A stretch of DNA of 63,383 nt from assembly GCA_964373045.1 (NCBI GenBank), contig CAYJSI010000009.1:1-63383 (forward strand), given 5' to 3'. This DNA comes from an uncultured bacterium. GTDB taxonomy: Bacteria > Omnitrophota > Omnitrophia > Omnitrophales > Aquincolibacteriaceae. Below the pieces are notes generated by a model that was given only the letters and a program-made list of their open reading frames with translations, searched no databases and was not told where the DNA came from. The first letter of the stretch is position 1. The number at the start of each line of letters is the position of its first letter. Of the stretch, positions 18,053-27,450 are shown piece after piece. Both the position numbers and the translations under genes were made by a program.

Positions 18053-18958
18053 ATGGAGCTTCAGGTTTATTTGGATGGAAAATGGTTTCCTAAAAGCAAA
18101 GCCAAGATATCTGTCTTTGATCACGGACTTCTTTACGGGGATGGTGTTTTTGAGGGGATCCGTTCTTACGGAGGGCTTGTTTTTAAATTAAGAGAGCACC
18201 TTCGCCGGCTTTGGGAGTCTGCCCACACGCTCATGCTTGAGATTCCGATGTCGGAAAAGGAGATGGAGCGCGTGATCGTTCATACCCTTCGTCGAAACAG
18301 GCTTTTGGATGCCTATATTCGCGTGGTGGTGACGCGCGGCGTGGGAGATTTGGGCCTTGATCCGGACAAATGTAAAAAAGCGAGTATCTTTGTGATCACG
18401 GACAAGATCGTGCTTTATCCAGAGGCGCTCTATAAAAAGGGTCTTGAGATTATTACCGTTCCGACAGTGCGGAACCTGCCCGAGGCCATCAATCCCTCCA
18501 TCAAAAGCCTTAACTACCTCAATAACATTCTGGCGAAAATCGAGGCGAAAAATTCTGGGTGCATGGAGGCCTTGATGCTGAATCATCAGGGGTATGTGGC
18601 CGAGTGCACGGGGGACAACGTTTTTATGGTGAAATCCGACAAGGGAGGGACAAGGTCTGCCTCACCCCTCCTCCTTACGCCCCCTACCTACCTCGGGGCC
18701 TTAAAGGGGATTACACGTCAGGCGATCATCGAGATTGCCGCGGAGAAGAAAATCGTTTTTCGAGAGAAGGTGCTTACACGCCATGATCTTTTTAATGCCG
18801 ATGAGGTATTTTTAACGGGGACGGCGGCTGAGGTGATTCCTGTGGTCAAGATTGATGGCCGGGTGATCGGGCCGGGAAAACCCGGAGCTGTTACCCAGAC
18901 GTTACTTCATGCCTTCCATACACTTACAAAAAAAGATGGGGTCCGATACAAGCTTTAA
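18053..18958 (+). CDS. ilvE: Branched-chain amino acid aminotransferase
   Basis: DHGLLYGDGVFEG, IKSLNY, ECTGDN, GITR, FLTGTAAE. Confidence 0.95.
   Translation: MELQVYLDGKWFPKSKAKISVFDHGLLYGDGVFEGIRSYGGLVFKLREHLRRLWESAHTLMLEIPMSEKEMERVIVHTLRRNRLLDAYIRVVVTRGVGDLGLDPDKCKKASIFVITDKIVLYPEALYKKGLEIITVPTVRNLPEAINPSIKSLNYLNNILAKIEAKNSGCMEALMLNHQGYVAECTGDNVFMVKSDKGGTRSASPLLLTPPTYLGALKGITRQAIIEIAAEKKIVFREKVLTRHDLFNADEVFLTGTAAEVIPVVKIDGRVIGPGKPGAVTQTLLHAFHTLTKKDGVRYKL
18644..18671 (+). repeat. Decayed in-frame GTAG-type REP inside ilvE
   Basis: GGAGGGACAAGGTCTGCCTCACCCCTCC matches the consensus GTAGGGGCGAGGCATGCCTCGCCCCTAC (from the cysS and holB copies) at 21/28. Encodes GGTRSASPL. Confidence 0.6.
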
Positions 18959-18986
18959 ATTGGGCCTGAGGTCACCCGCCCTGATG

Positions 18987-18995
18987 TGATATAAT
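18987..18995 (+). promoter_or_regulatory. Extended -10 promoter of mcsA-mcsB-clpC
   Basis: TGATATAAT 9 nt upstream of ATG 19005; no SD. Confidence 0.65.
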
Positions 18996-19004
18996 AGTCG
19001 CACT

Positions 19005-19529
19005 ATGGTTTGCAATCTTTGCGGGACTCAGGAAGCCTCCATCCATTTGACGGAAATCGTGAATCAGCAAATGGTTGAGGTCCATCTGTGCGAAACCTGT
19101 GCCCAGGAAAAGGGCACTGATTTTAAGACTCATTTTAACTTAAACGACCTTCTCGCAGGGCTGATGGAGGGCGAGAAGGGTTCTTTGAAGGGAGAGGAGA
19201 AGCGCTCCTCCGTGAAGTGTCCCGAATGCGGGATAACGTATGAAGAATTCGGTAAAACCGGAAGGTTGGGATGTTCGTTTTGTTATGATGCCTTCTCTAA
19301 GATGCTCCTTCCCCTCATTAAGCGGGTTCAGCGGTCGACCCACCACATGGGAAAAAAACCTGCCAAGGTAGGTCCGCGGACGAGGACCCTGCAGGATTTG
19401 CGGCTGCTTCAGGAGCGATTACGAAAAACCGTCCAATCGGAGGCCTTTGAGGAAGCCGCCAAGATTCGCGATGAAATTCGTCAGCTTGAAGAAAAAAGTA
19501 AGAAAGAGAAACGAACTAAAAATGAATGA
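19005..19529 (+). CDS. mcsA: McsA (CxxC motifs plus UvrB/C coiled coil)
   Basis: Four CxxC motifs, GRLGCSFCY, EAFEEAAKIRDEI. Confidence 0.93.
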   Translation: MVCNLCGTQEASIHLTEIVNQQMVEVHLCETCAQEKGTDFKTHFNLNDLLAGLMEGEKGSLKGEEKRSSVKCPECGITYEEFGKTGRLGCSFCYDAFSKMLLPLIKRVQRSTHHMGKKPAKVGPRTRTLQDLRLLQERLRKTVQSEAFEEAAKIRDEIRQLEEKSKKEKRTKNE

Positions 19530-20586
19530 GCTGGATGCCTTTGCCAAGCAGCCCGTCGAATGGCTGCGCGCGACGGGGCCGGAGAGCGATATCGTGGTGA
19601 GCTCCCGCTTGCGCCTTGCCCGCAATCTTTCGGGATTCCCCTTTGTTGAAAAACTGAGCGTCGAACAGCAGGAAGATGTGATTGATTCGGTGGAGGCGGC
19701 CATCCGCAAAAGCCATTACCTTAAAAATGCTCATTATCTTCATTACAACAAACTGACCGACCTTGACCGCCAGTTTCTCTTGGAGCGCCACTTGATCAGC
19801 CGCGAGCATGCCGGTGAAAAAGGTGAGAAGGCGGTGGCCATTACTGCGAATGAAGTCGTGAGCCTCATGGTCTTGGAAGAAGATCACTTGCGGCTGCAGG
19901 CCTTTCAATCGGGCTTTAGCCTTCTTGAGGCCTGGAGAATCGTGAATCAAATTGACGATGAGATTGAAAAATCGATCGAATACTCCTTTAGCCCGGAACT
20001 GGGTTATTACACGGCGTGCCCCACGAACATTGGAACCGGACTTCGAGCTTCCTGTATGCTGCACCTTCCAAGCCTTGTGCTTACGAAGCAGGTGCAGAAG
20101 GTGCTGCAGGCGCTCTCCAAGCTCAATCTCGCGGCCCGCGGCCTTTATGGAGAAGGGACGCAGGCCATGGGCAACTTTTTTCAGATCTCAAATCAGATGA
20201 CCCTCGGTCAGCGGGAAGAAGAGATTATCGATAATTTGATGACCGTGATCCGTCAGGTGATTGAGCATGAAAAAGAAGCGCGTCAGTTTTTGCGGGAGAA
20301 GCGCAAATCTAAATTCGAAGATCAAATCTGGCGCTCTCTGGGGGTGCTGCGATCTGCGCGTGTGATTTCATCGGCCGAGGCCACGCAGCTTCTATCGCTC
20401 CTCGAGCTTGGGATCCACATGGGTTTAATCGATACGAAACTGACTCTGCAAGACATTAACTGTTTGTTTTTATGGATTCAGCCCGCGCACATTCAAAAAA
20501 TGGCGGGCCGAACGCTGAATTCTTCCGACCGCGATATTCATCGTGCGGATTTGATCCGCGAAAAACTCGCGGGCGTCACCCTGTAG
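19522..20586 (+). CDS. mcsB: Protein arginine kinase McsB
   Basis: SSRLRLARN, ERHLIS, EEDHLR, TACPTNIGTGLRAS, RGLYGEG, QISNQ. Confidence 0.95.
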   Translation: MNELDAFAKQPVEWLRATGPESDIVVSSRLRLARNLSGFPFVEKLSVEQQEDVIDSVEAAIRKSHYLKNAHYLHYNKLTDLDRQFLLERHLISREHAGEKGEKAVAITANEVVSLMVLEEDHLRLQAFQSGFSLLEAWRIVNQIDDEIEKSIEYSFSPELGYYTACPTNIGTGLRASCMLHLPSLVLTKQVQKVLQALSKLNLAARGLYGEGTQAMGNFFQISNQMTLGQREEEIIDNLMTVIRQVIEHEKEARQFLREKRKSKFEDQIWRSLGVLRSARVISSAEATQLLSLLELGIHMGLIDTKLTLQDINCLFLWIQPAHIQKMAGRTLNSSDRDIHRADLIREKLAGVTL

Positions 20587-20609
20587 CTTTTTTAACGTGG
20601 AGGTTTTTG

Positions 20610-23090
20610 ATGTTTGATCGTTTTACGGAAAGGGCTCGTAAGGTTATCATTCTTGCCAAAGAGGAAGCCAAGCGCTTCAATCATGACTACATCGGAACCG
20701 AGCACATCCTCCTGGGTTTAATTAAAGAGGGGGAAAGCGTGGCCGCGGCCGTGCTGCAGAATCTTGGTCTCTCGCTCGATACCATCCGCCTTGAAGTCGA
20801 AAAACTCGTGCAATTCGGCCCGAGCACCATCGTCTCAGGCGACATTCCTTTTACCCCCAAGGCCAAGAAAGTGATTGAGCTCGCCATGGATGAGGCCCGC
20901 CGGCTCGGCCACAATTACATCGGCACAGAACATCTTCTGCTTGGACTCATTAAAGAAGGGGAGGGCGTGGCCAGTCACGTGCTGATGAATGTGGGGCTTG
21001 ATCTCAACAAGGTTCGGGCGGAAGTGATTAAACTTTTAGGTTCTTCGACGCCGGGAGGCAGCGGAGGCGGCGTCGGGGGTGGACAACAGGGGCAGGGAGG
21101 CGGGGGAGGGTCCGCGGTCGGGACCGCGCGCGGAAAGACCAAGACCCCGGCCTTGGATGCCTTCGGCCGTGATCTTTCTCAGCTTGCCCGCGAGGGAAAG
21201 CTGGATCCCGTGGTGAATCGCCAGGATGAAATTGAACGCGTCGTACAAATTCTCGCCCGCCGCACCAAGAATAACCCCGTGCTTTTGGGAGAGGCCGGGG
21301 TGGGAAAGACCGCCATCGTTGAGGGGCTTGCGCAGAGAATCGTAACGGGTGACGCGCCCGAAATCCTTTTAGACAAGCGGATCGTGGTGCTGGATCTTGC
21401 GCTCATGGTGGCCGGCACAAAATACCGCGGTCAATTCGAAGAACGCATCAAGGCTGTTATGGATGAAATCCGCCGCTCGGACAATGTCATGATCTTTATT
21501 GATGAGCTGCATACCCTTGTGGGCGCCGGGGGTGCTGAAGGGGCGATCGATGCCTCGAATATTTTAAAGCCTGCGCTTTCGCGCGGTGAAATTCAATGCA
21601 TTGGCGCGACCACACTCGACGAATATCGCAAGTATATTGAAAAAGATGCCGCCCTGGCCCGCCGATTTCAAACGGTGGTCGTGGATCCGCCCTCCGTGGA
21701 TGAAACGGTTCAGATCCTGAAGGGCCTTCGCGATAGATACGAGGCCCATCACCGCGTGAAGATCCTCGATGAAGCGCTCGTGGCGGCCTCAAAACTGTCG
21801 GACCGTTACATCAGCGGGCGATTTCTTCCGGACAAGGCGATTGACTTGATTGACGAGGCGGCCTCGCGGGCCCGGTTGTCCGTCACCACGCTTCCCAAGG
21901 AGCTGAAAAAGCTGGAAGGGGATATCGAATCTTTCAAGCGGGAAAAAGAGGGCGCGATCAAGGCCCAGGACTTTGAAAAGGCGGCCAAGCTGCGGGATGA
22001 TGAACGCCGCTCCAAAGAAGAACTCGCCCGGGTCAAGAAAAGCTGGAAGGAATCAAAGTCAGAAGTTGAAATTCAAGTGACGGCAGAAGATATTGCCACC
22101 ATTGTGTCGAAATGGACGGGCGTGCCTTTGGCTCGGCTGGAAGAAAAAGAGACCGCCCGGCTTCTGCGTATGGAAGAGGAGCTTCACAAGCGGGTGATTG
22201 GTCAGGATGAAGCCATTTCGGCCGTTTCACATGCGGTGCGCCGCTCCCGTTCGGGTTTAAGAAATCCGCGGCGGCCGATCGGGGCTTTTATCTTTCTCGG
22301 TCCTACGGGCGTTGGTAAAACGCTCCTGGCCCGCGCCCTGGCGGAGTACATGTTCGGGGATGGGGATGCCATGGTGACGGTGGATTGTTCCGAGTACAGC
22401 GAGAAATTCAATGTCTCACGCCTCGTTGGGGCGCCTCCGGGGTATGTGGGATATGAAGAAGGGGGGCAGTTGACGGAAAAAGTCCGCCGGCGGCCCTATT
22501 CAGTGGTCCTTTTTGATGAAATCGAAAAGGCCCATCCGGATGTGTTCAATATTTTGTTGCAGCTTATGGAAGAAGGCCGTTTGACGGATTCGTTCGGCCG
22601 CAAGGTGGATTTCCGCAACACGATCGTGATCATGACCTCGAACGTGGGCGCGGATTTAATCAAGCGGCAGACCGAAATGGGATTCAAGCCGCAAATGGAA
22701 GAAATGCATTACGACTCCCTCAAGCGTAAGCTTTTGGACGAAACCAAGAAGGTTTTTCGACCTGAATTCCTGAACCGCGTTGATGATTCCATTGTCTTCC
22801 ATCCGCTCGTTCGCCGCGATCTTGAGCAGATCATTGAGTTTGAACTTCGCGAGATCAAGGACCGGCTTAAAGATAAAAAGATCGAGCTGATCCTGTCGGA
22901 GGAAGTCCTCAAGTTTTTGATCGATAAGGGCTATGATCCGGTCTTTGGAGCCCGTCCGCTTAAACGGACGATTCAGCGCTACATCGAAAACGTGCTCGCC
23001 GAAGAAATCCTTTCAGGAAAATTTCACGAGGATGACGCGATCCAGGCAGTTCTGCGCGGAGAGTTGATCCAATTCGAAAAGGCATCTTAG
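20610..23090 (+). CDS. clpC: ATP-dependent Clp protease ATP-binding subunit ClpC
   Basis: [10 protein letters not shown], two Clp-N repeats, Walker A motifs GEAGVGKT and [15 protein letters not shown]. Confidence 0.97.
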   Translation: MFDRFTERARKVIILAKEEAKRFNHDYIGTEHILLGLIKEGESVAAAVLQNLGLSLDTIRLEVEKLVQFGPSTIVSGDIPFTPKAKKVIELAMDEARRLGHNYIGTEHLLLGLIKEGEGVASHVLMNVGLDLNKVRAEVIKLLGSSTPGGSGGGVGGGQQGQGGGGGSAVGTARGKTKTPALDAFGRDLSQLAREGKLDPVVNRQDEIERVVQILARRTKNNPVLLGEAGVGKTAIVEGLAQRIVTGDAPEILLDKRIVVLDLALMVAGTKYRGQFEERIKAVMDEIRRSDNVMIFIDELHTLVGAGGAEGAIDASNILKPALSRGEIQCIGATTLDEYRKYIEKDAALARRFQTVVVDPPSVDETVQILKGLRDRYEAHHRVKILDEALVAASKLSDRYISGRFLPDKAIDLIDEAASRARLSVTTLPKELKKLEGDIESFKREKEGAIKAQDFEKAAKLRDDERRSKEELARVKKSWKESKSEVEIQVTAEDIATIVSKWTGVPLARLEEKETARLLRMEEELHKRVIGQDEAISAVSHAVRRSRSGLRNPRRPIGAFIFLGPTGVGKTLLARALAEYMFGDGDAMVTVDCSEYSEKFNVSRLVGAPPGYVGYEEGGQLTEKVRRRPYSVVLFDEIEKAHPDVFNILLQLMEEGRLTDSFGRKVDFRNTIVIMTSNVGADLIKRQTEMGFKPQMEEMHYDSLKRKLLDETKKVFRPEFLNRVDDSIVFHPLVRRDLEQIIEFELREIKDRLKDKKIELILSEEVLKFLIDKGYDPVFGARPLKRTIQRYIENVLAEEILSGKFHEDDAIQAVLRGELIQFEKAS

Positions 23091-23107
23091 GACTCTCAGG
23101 AGCTGGC

Positions 23108-25033
23108 ATGCAGATAAGTTTCTGGTGGATAGTAAAGCGCTTCATCCTTGTGGGTCTTCTTGCGGCGTGTGCTCTTCACCTCTTCCTGCAGTATCAAGTC
23201 GGGACCTCTGAATTTAAATCCTTCGCGGAAGCTAAGGTGGGCGATTTTTTGAAGGCCCGCGTGCACGTACAAAACATTGAAGTGGGTTTTTTAAATCGCG
23301 TCGCCTTAAAGGGGCTTGAAATCAGAGCGGACGAAAAGGACGCCGCGCCCTACAATGTCCGCGTCAGGCAAATCGTTTTTCGCTACAACCTTATTCACCT
23401 TATCACGCGGAATTTCAAGGCGCCTTCCACCATCATTCTGCAGGATCCGGATCTCCGTTTACAGGATTCGGGTTTTCCCTACGCCCTGTTTGGCGCCTTT
23501 CACCCCCGATTGTCGGGAGACGCTGGTGCGAAGGGGCTCATGCCGTTTCAGCTCGAGCTGAACGGTGGCGAGTTAAAGTACAATCTCCGAACCTTGCAAT
23601 CGGAGTTACGCCTGAAGGGTATCCGAGGCTCCTTCCGGTCGGTTGAAGAGGGAAAAATTTTTGCTGATTTCTCAGCCGAGCTGGACGGTTTTGCGGCAGG
23701 GCAGATTCATGTTCGGGGGGAAATTGATCCCGAGCGGGGGACCCACCGACTCGAGCTCCGTCTGAAGTCGGTTACCTTAAGCGAGAAAAGCCCGTTTCCC
23801 CTTGAGTCGATTCAGGGAAATGTTCGGTGGGAAGGAGACAATCTCTATTTCGAGGACCTGCGCGCTCATCTTCACGGGTGGGAAACGAGTATCGGGGGGC
23901 AATTTTTAAATCTTGGCTCGAAGCCATCCTTTGATCTTGACTGGCTCGCGGGGAAAAAGGAAATGGGCGTGCGCCTTGCCCTTTCTTGTGACTTGAGTCG
24001 TGAAGAGGTGCACGGGACATTGAAAATCGCCGGGGAGCCCGAGAAAAATTTTAAGGGGAAAATCAAATTCAAGGATTTAACTTTAGTCTTTGATCGGCTG
24101 CTGATCAATGATTATTACCATGGCAAAGGGCAATTCGATTTGCAATCCGGGGATTCCCGGTTCGACCTGGAAGAGGGGATTCAACGATTTTCAGTTCAAA
24201 CTAATCTGCGGGACTTGGATTTCGATTTGGGTTTCGATCTGAACCATTTTAAGATGGCGGGATTGGATGTGGTGACCGGGGCCAGGGTGCGGCTTCGGCC
24301 CGAATCCACTTTTAAGGACGAGCGGGGCTGGCGGTTTCAGGCGGATCTTTCAACCGATTATCTGATCTTGGAATATATTCCTTTTGAAGATTTCCAGGCC
24401 CGCTTTCAAGTCGATTCCTACGGAATTAAAAACTTTATCGGTTCCTGGGGCGGGGCCTTTGAGATCTACGGGGGAATTTTATTCAAGGGGAAAACCCCTG
24501 AAATGAAATTTCAAATTAAAGTTCATGATTTTGATTTGACGCGAGCCCGTGAGATCGGGATCAAGCCGCTGCCGAGGCGGCTCGAAGGCCTTTTGGAAGG
24601 AAAACTTAAACTGGAGGGCCCCCTCAGAAAACCGGAAGTGACGGGCAACTTTGCCATCAAATCCGGAATCCTGAATCGGCTCAGTTTTGACCGGGCCATG
24701 TTTCGCTTTCGGGGATTTCCGCCCCACCTGCCGCTTGAGGATTCGCGGGTCTTAAAGGGCCGCACCACGCTTTATATCGTGGGAGCGCTCGATCTCTCTC
24801 TTTCCAATATGTTTCACGGGGTACGAATTCAAACGGCGGATAATTTTGTGATTTGGAAGGGATGGGCCATTGACGGCAATGAGGCAACGGGTGATTTTGA
24901 AATTCAAAAAGCCATCGGAAATTTGCCGGTGTCGATGGCCTTGAAACCGGGCTCGACCCCTCCCGGCGCTGGAGAGACCAACAATCCCCAGGAAGATTCT
25001 TACGTGACCTTGGGTCCCAAGATTAAATTTTAG
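23108..25033 (+). CDS. Membrane-anchored beta-rich protein, probably AsmA/TamB-like
   Basis: Single N-terminal hydrophobic helix, alternating beta-strand pattern, LKLEGPLRKPEVTG motif typical of AsmA/TamB-like proteins. Family is inferred. Confidence 0.55.
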   Translation: MQISFWWIVKRFILVGLLAACALHLFLQYQVGTSEFKSFAEAKVGDFLKARVHVQNIEVGFLNRVALKGLEIRADEKDAAPYNVRVRQIVFRYNLIHLITRNFKAPSTIILQDPDLRLQDSGFPYALFGAFHPRLSGDAGAKGLMPFQLELNGGELKYNLRTLQSELRLKGIRGSFRSVEEGKIFADFSAELDGFAAGQIHVRGEIDPERGTHRLELRLKSVTLSEKSPFPLESIQGNVRWEGDNLYFEDLRAHLHGWETSIGGQFLNLGSKPSFDLDWLAGKKEMGVRLALSCDLSREEVHGTLKIAGEPEKNFKGKIKFKDLTLVFDRLLINDYYHGKGQFDLQSGDSRFDLEEGIQRFSVQTNLRDLDFDLGFDLNHFKMAGLDVVTGARVRLRPESTFKDERGWRFQADLSTDYLILEYIPFEDFQARFQVDSYGIKNFIGSWGGAFEIYGGILFKGKTPEMKFQIKVHDFDLTRAREIGIKPLPRRLEGLLEGKLKLEGPLRKPEVTGNFAIKSGILNRLSFDRAMFRFRGFPPHLPLEDSRVLKGRTTLYIVGALDLSLSNMFHGVRIQTADNFVIWKGWAIDGNEATGDFEIQKAIGNLPVSMALKPGSTPPGAGETNNPQEDSYVTLGPKIKF

Positions 25034-25044
25034 GTGAGAATTTT

Positions 25045-25872
25045 ATGAGTGCTGCTGCGACTTCAAAAATAGATTCCTTTAGACGCCTCGTTTCGATCCG
25101 CGGCTGGCTCCGCAATTTCGGGACTCAGTTTATGGATCTTTCGCAGGATGCCGGCGGACTTTCTTTTCTTTTAAAGGATACAATCCAGGCCCTTTTTTCG
25201 ACCAAGCTCAGGTGGAATGCGACGCTGGATCAAATGAATCGGATCGGCGTTACCTCTCTACCGCTTGTTTTTCTTACCGCTCTTTTTACGGGGATGGTTT
25301 TATCGCTTCAATCGGCCTATCAGCTGCGCCTTTTTGCGGCACAGCAGTTTACCTCGGATCTGGTGGCGCTTTCCATGACGCGCGAACTCGGGCCTGTTTT
25401 AACTGCCATGGTGGTTGCAGGCCGCGTCGGGGCCTCCATCGCTGCGGAACTTGGCACGATGAAGGTGACAGAGCAGATCGATGCCCTGCGCGCCCTCGCG
25501 GTCGATCCGGTGCGCTACCTTGTGGTGCCACGCTTCGTGGCCGCTTTTTTTATGCTTTTTTTCCTGACGATTTATGCGGATTGCATCGGGATGCTGGGAG
25601 GTTATGTGGTTGCGGTGTTTAAACTCGGGATCAGTTCTTATCAATATATTCACCGCAGCGTGAATATCCTGATGCTGAAGGATGTTTTTACGGGGCTGAT
25701 CAAGGCCTTTTTCTTCGGCGGCATCATTTCCATCGTTGGCTGTTACTATGGTTTTAAAGCCGAGGGCGGGGCCGAGGGGGTCGGACGCGCAACCACAATT
25801 GCCGTCGTATCGGCCCTAGTCATGATCATTGCCTCGGACGCTTTGTTTACGGCCATTTTTTATTTCTTTTAG
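25045..25872 (+). CDS. mlaE: MlaE-family ABC permease
   Basis: RELGPVLTA, AGRVG, AELGTMKVTEQIDAL, GGAEGVGRATT. Confidence 0.93.
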   Translation: MSAAATSKIDSFRRLVSIRGWLRNFGTQFMDLSQDAGGLSFLLKDTIQALFSTKLRWNATLDQMNRIGVTSLPLVFLTALFTGMVLSLQSAYQLRLFAAQQFTSDLVALSMTRELGPVLTAMVVAGRVGASIAAELGTMKVTEQIDALRALAVDPVRYLVVPRFVAAFFMLFFLTIYADCIGMLGGYVVAVFKLGISSYQYIHRSVNILMLKDVFTGLIKAFFFGGIISIVGCYYGFKAEGGAEGVGRATTIAVVSALVMIIASDALFTAIFYFF

Positions 25873-25875
25873 AGG

Positions 25876-25976
25876 ACCCCGTTAGACCCTATGAAATTGA
25901 GGGCAGGAAAATGAATAGAATTAAAGATAGGCAAAATGATTATAGCTTACCTTCGGATAGGGAGGTCTAACGGGGT
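25876..25976. mobile_element. MITE-like 101-bp element with 13-bp terminal inverted repeats
   Basis: ACCCCGTTAGACC (25876-25888) and GGTCTAACGGGGT (25964-25976) with an AT-rich interior. Fills the mlaE-mlaF gap. Confidence 0.65.
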
Positions 25977-26724
25977 GATCGAGATTCAGGGTCTTTATAA
26001 AAGTTTCGGTGGAAATGATGTTTTGAAGGGTCTCGATCTAACGATTAAGGATGGGGAGACCCTGGTGATCATCGGCCGCTCCGGCTGCGGGAAAAGCATA
26101 CTCTTAAAGCATATTATGGCTATTATGGAGCCCGACGAGGGGCGGATCTTAATCGATGGGACGGACATCTTGTCGCTCAATTCACGCGAACAGGAACAAT
26201 TTCGCCTAAGGCTCGGGATGCTCTTTCAGGGGTCGGCCCTGTTTGATTCGCTTACCGTGGAGCAGAATGTGGGTTTTTCTTTGTGCGAACATACTCGGTT
26301 ATCTCGATCGGTTGTGATGGAAAAAGTGACGGAAAAATTAAGGCTTGTGGGTCTTCCCGGAATTGAGGATTTAATGCCCTCTGAACTTTCGGGAGGGATG
26401 AAAAAAAGGGTGGGTCTTGCGCGTGCTATTTGCAATGAGCCCAAAATTATTCTTTATGATGAGCCGACAACGGGATTGGACCCCATCAATGCCGACGTCA
26501 TCAATGATCTTATCCTGCGGATGCAGGAGCATTTAAAGGTGACGTCTATTGTGGTGACCCATGATATGACGAGCGCCTACAAAGTGGGAAATCGCATTGC
26601 CATGCTTTACGGGGGAAAAATTATCGGTTCGGGGACCCCGCAGGATATTCAGAATACCTCGGACCCTATTATTCGGCAATTCATCACGGGATCGGCCCGC
26701 GGGCCGATCACCGAACAATTATAG
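25975..26724 (+). CDS. mlaF: MlaF-family ABC ATPase
   Basis: GRSGCGKS, FQGSALFDS, LSGGMKKRV, YDEPTTGLDP. GTG start after GGAGGT. Confidence 0.92.
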   Translation: MIEIQGLYKSFGGNDVLKGLDLTIKDGETLVIIGRSGCGKSILLKHIMAIMEPDEGRILIDGTDILSLNSREQEQFRLRLGMLFQGSALFDSLTVEQNVGFSLCEHTRLSRSVVMEKVTEKLRLVGLPGIEDLMPSELSGGMKKRVGLARAICNEPKIILYDEPTTGLDPINADVINDLILRMQEHLKVTSIVVTHDMTSAYKVGNRIAMLYGGKIIGSGTPQDIQNTSDPIIRQFITGSARGPITEQL

Positions 26725-26735
26725 GTGGAAAGAAT

Positions 26736-27389
26736 ATGACGACGAAAAAAGCACGAAACGAAGCCCTGGTCGGACTGTTCGTGATCCTGGGTTTTATTTT
26801 ACTGTCCCTCGTGGTGTTTTTTATCAGCGGGGTTTATGTGTTCCGCCCCGGCTATGCCCTGAGTGTGATGTATGACTACGTGAGTATTTTAGATAAGGGG
26901 GCCCCGATTCGGATGGCCGGGGTTCGTGTTGGGGAGGTGAGTAAGGTGGGGCTCACTTACGACGAAGCCGTTCAGAGGGTGCGGGTCAAGGTGAAACTTT
27001 TCATTGAAAAGGGGGTTGAGATACGCGAAAATTATGAGTTTAAGATTCAAGGGACGCATATCCTGAGCGAACCCCATATTGAAATTGTCCCGATGCCAGG
27101 AAGCGAGCCGCTAGTCACGGGAAGTAAGGTGATTGAGGGAGTCAGTCCTGTCGCCATGGAGGATATGATTGAGCGGGGACAGGAGATCGCCGAAAATGTG
27201 GCGGATCTTACCGGTTCTTTTGAGGAAATTCTCGAGAGAACCGAAAAGGGCCAAGGGACGATCGGGAAGCTTTTAACCGAGGATTCGCTGCATCAGGATA
27301 TGCGGGATTTGATCGCGGAGATCAAGGCACATCCCTGGAGGCTTTTAAAGCGTGACAACGAAAAAGGAAAGAAACTTATTTTCTTTTAA
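26736..27389 (+). CDS. mlaD: MlaD/MCE-domain protein
   Basis: VGLFVI TM anchor, L.KGAPIRMAGVRVGEV MCE motif, C-terminal helical GTIGKL..HPWR. Confidence 0.9.
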   Translation: MTTKKARNEALVGLFVILGFILLSLVVFFISGVYVFRPGYALSVMYDYVSILDKGAPIRMAGVRVGEVSKVGLTYDEAVQRVRVKVKLFIEKGVEIRENYEFKIQGTHILSEPHIEIVPMPGSEPLVTGSKVIEGVSPVAMEDMIERGQEIAENVADLTGSFEEILERTEKGQGTIGKLLTEDSLHQDMRDLIAEIKAHPWRLLKRDNEKGKKLIFF

Positions 27390-27450
27390 GAAATGATCAT
27401 TCATTCTCTTCCATTTCATTTTCATTCAAGACAGCGAAGGAGCCAATACT

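Noticed and set aside
21040..21135. Gly-rich segment in ClpC with a small hairpin
   Set aside because: It falls in the normally variable linker between the N-domain and the first AAA domain, and has no GTAG foot.
23335..23356. GCCGCGCCCTACAA resembling a REP 3' end in the AsmA-like gene
   Set aside because: No complementary 5' arm; compatible with chance.
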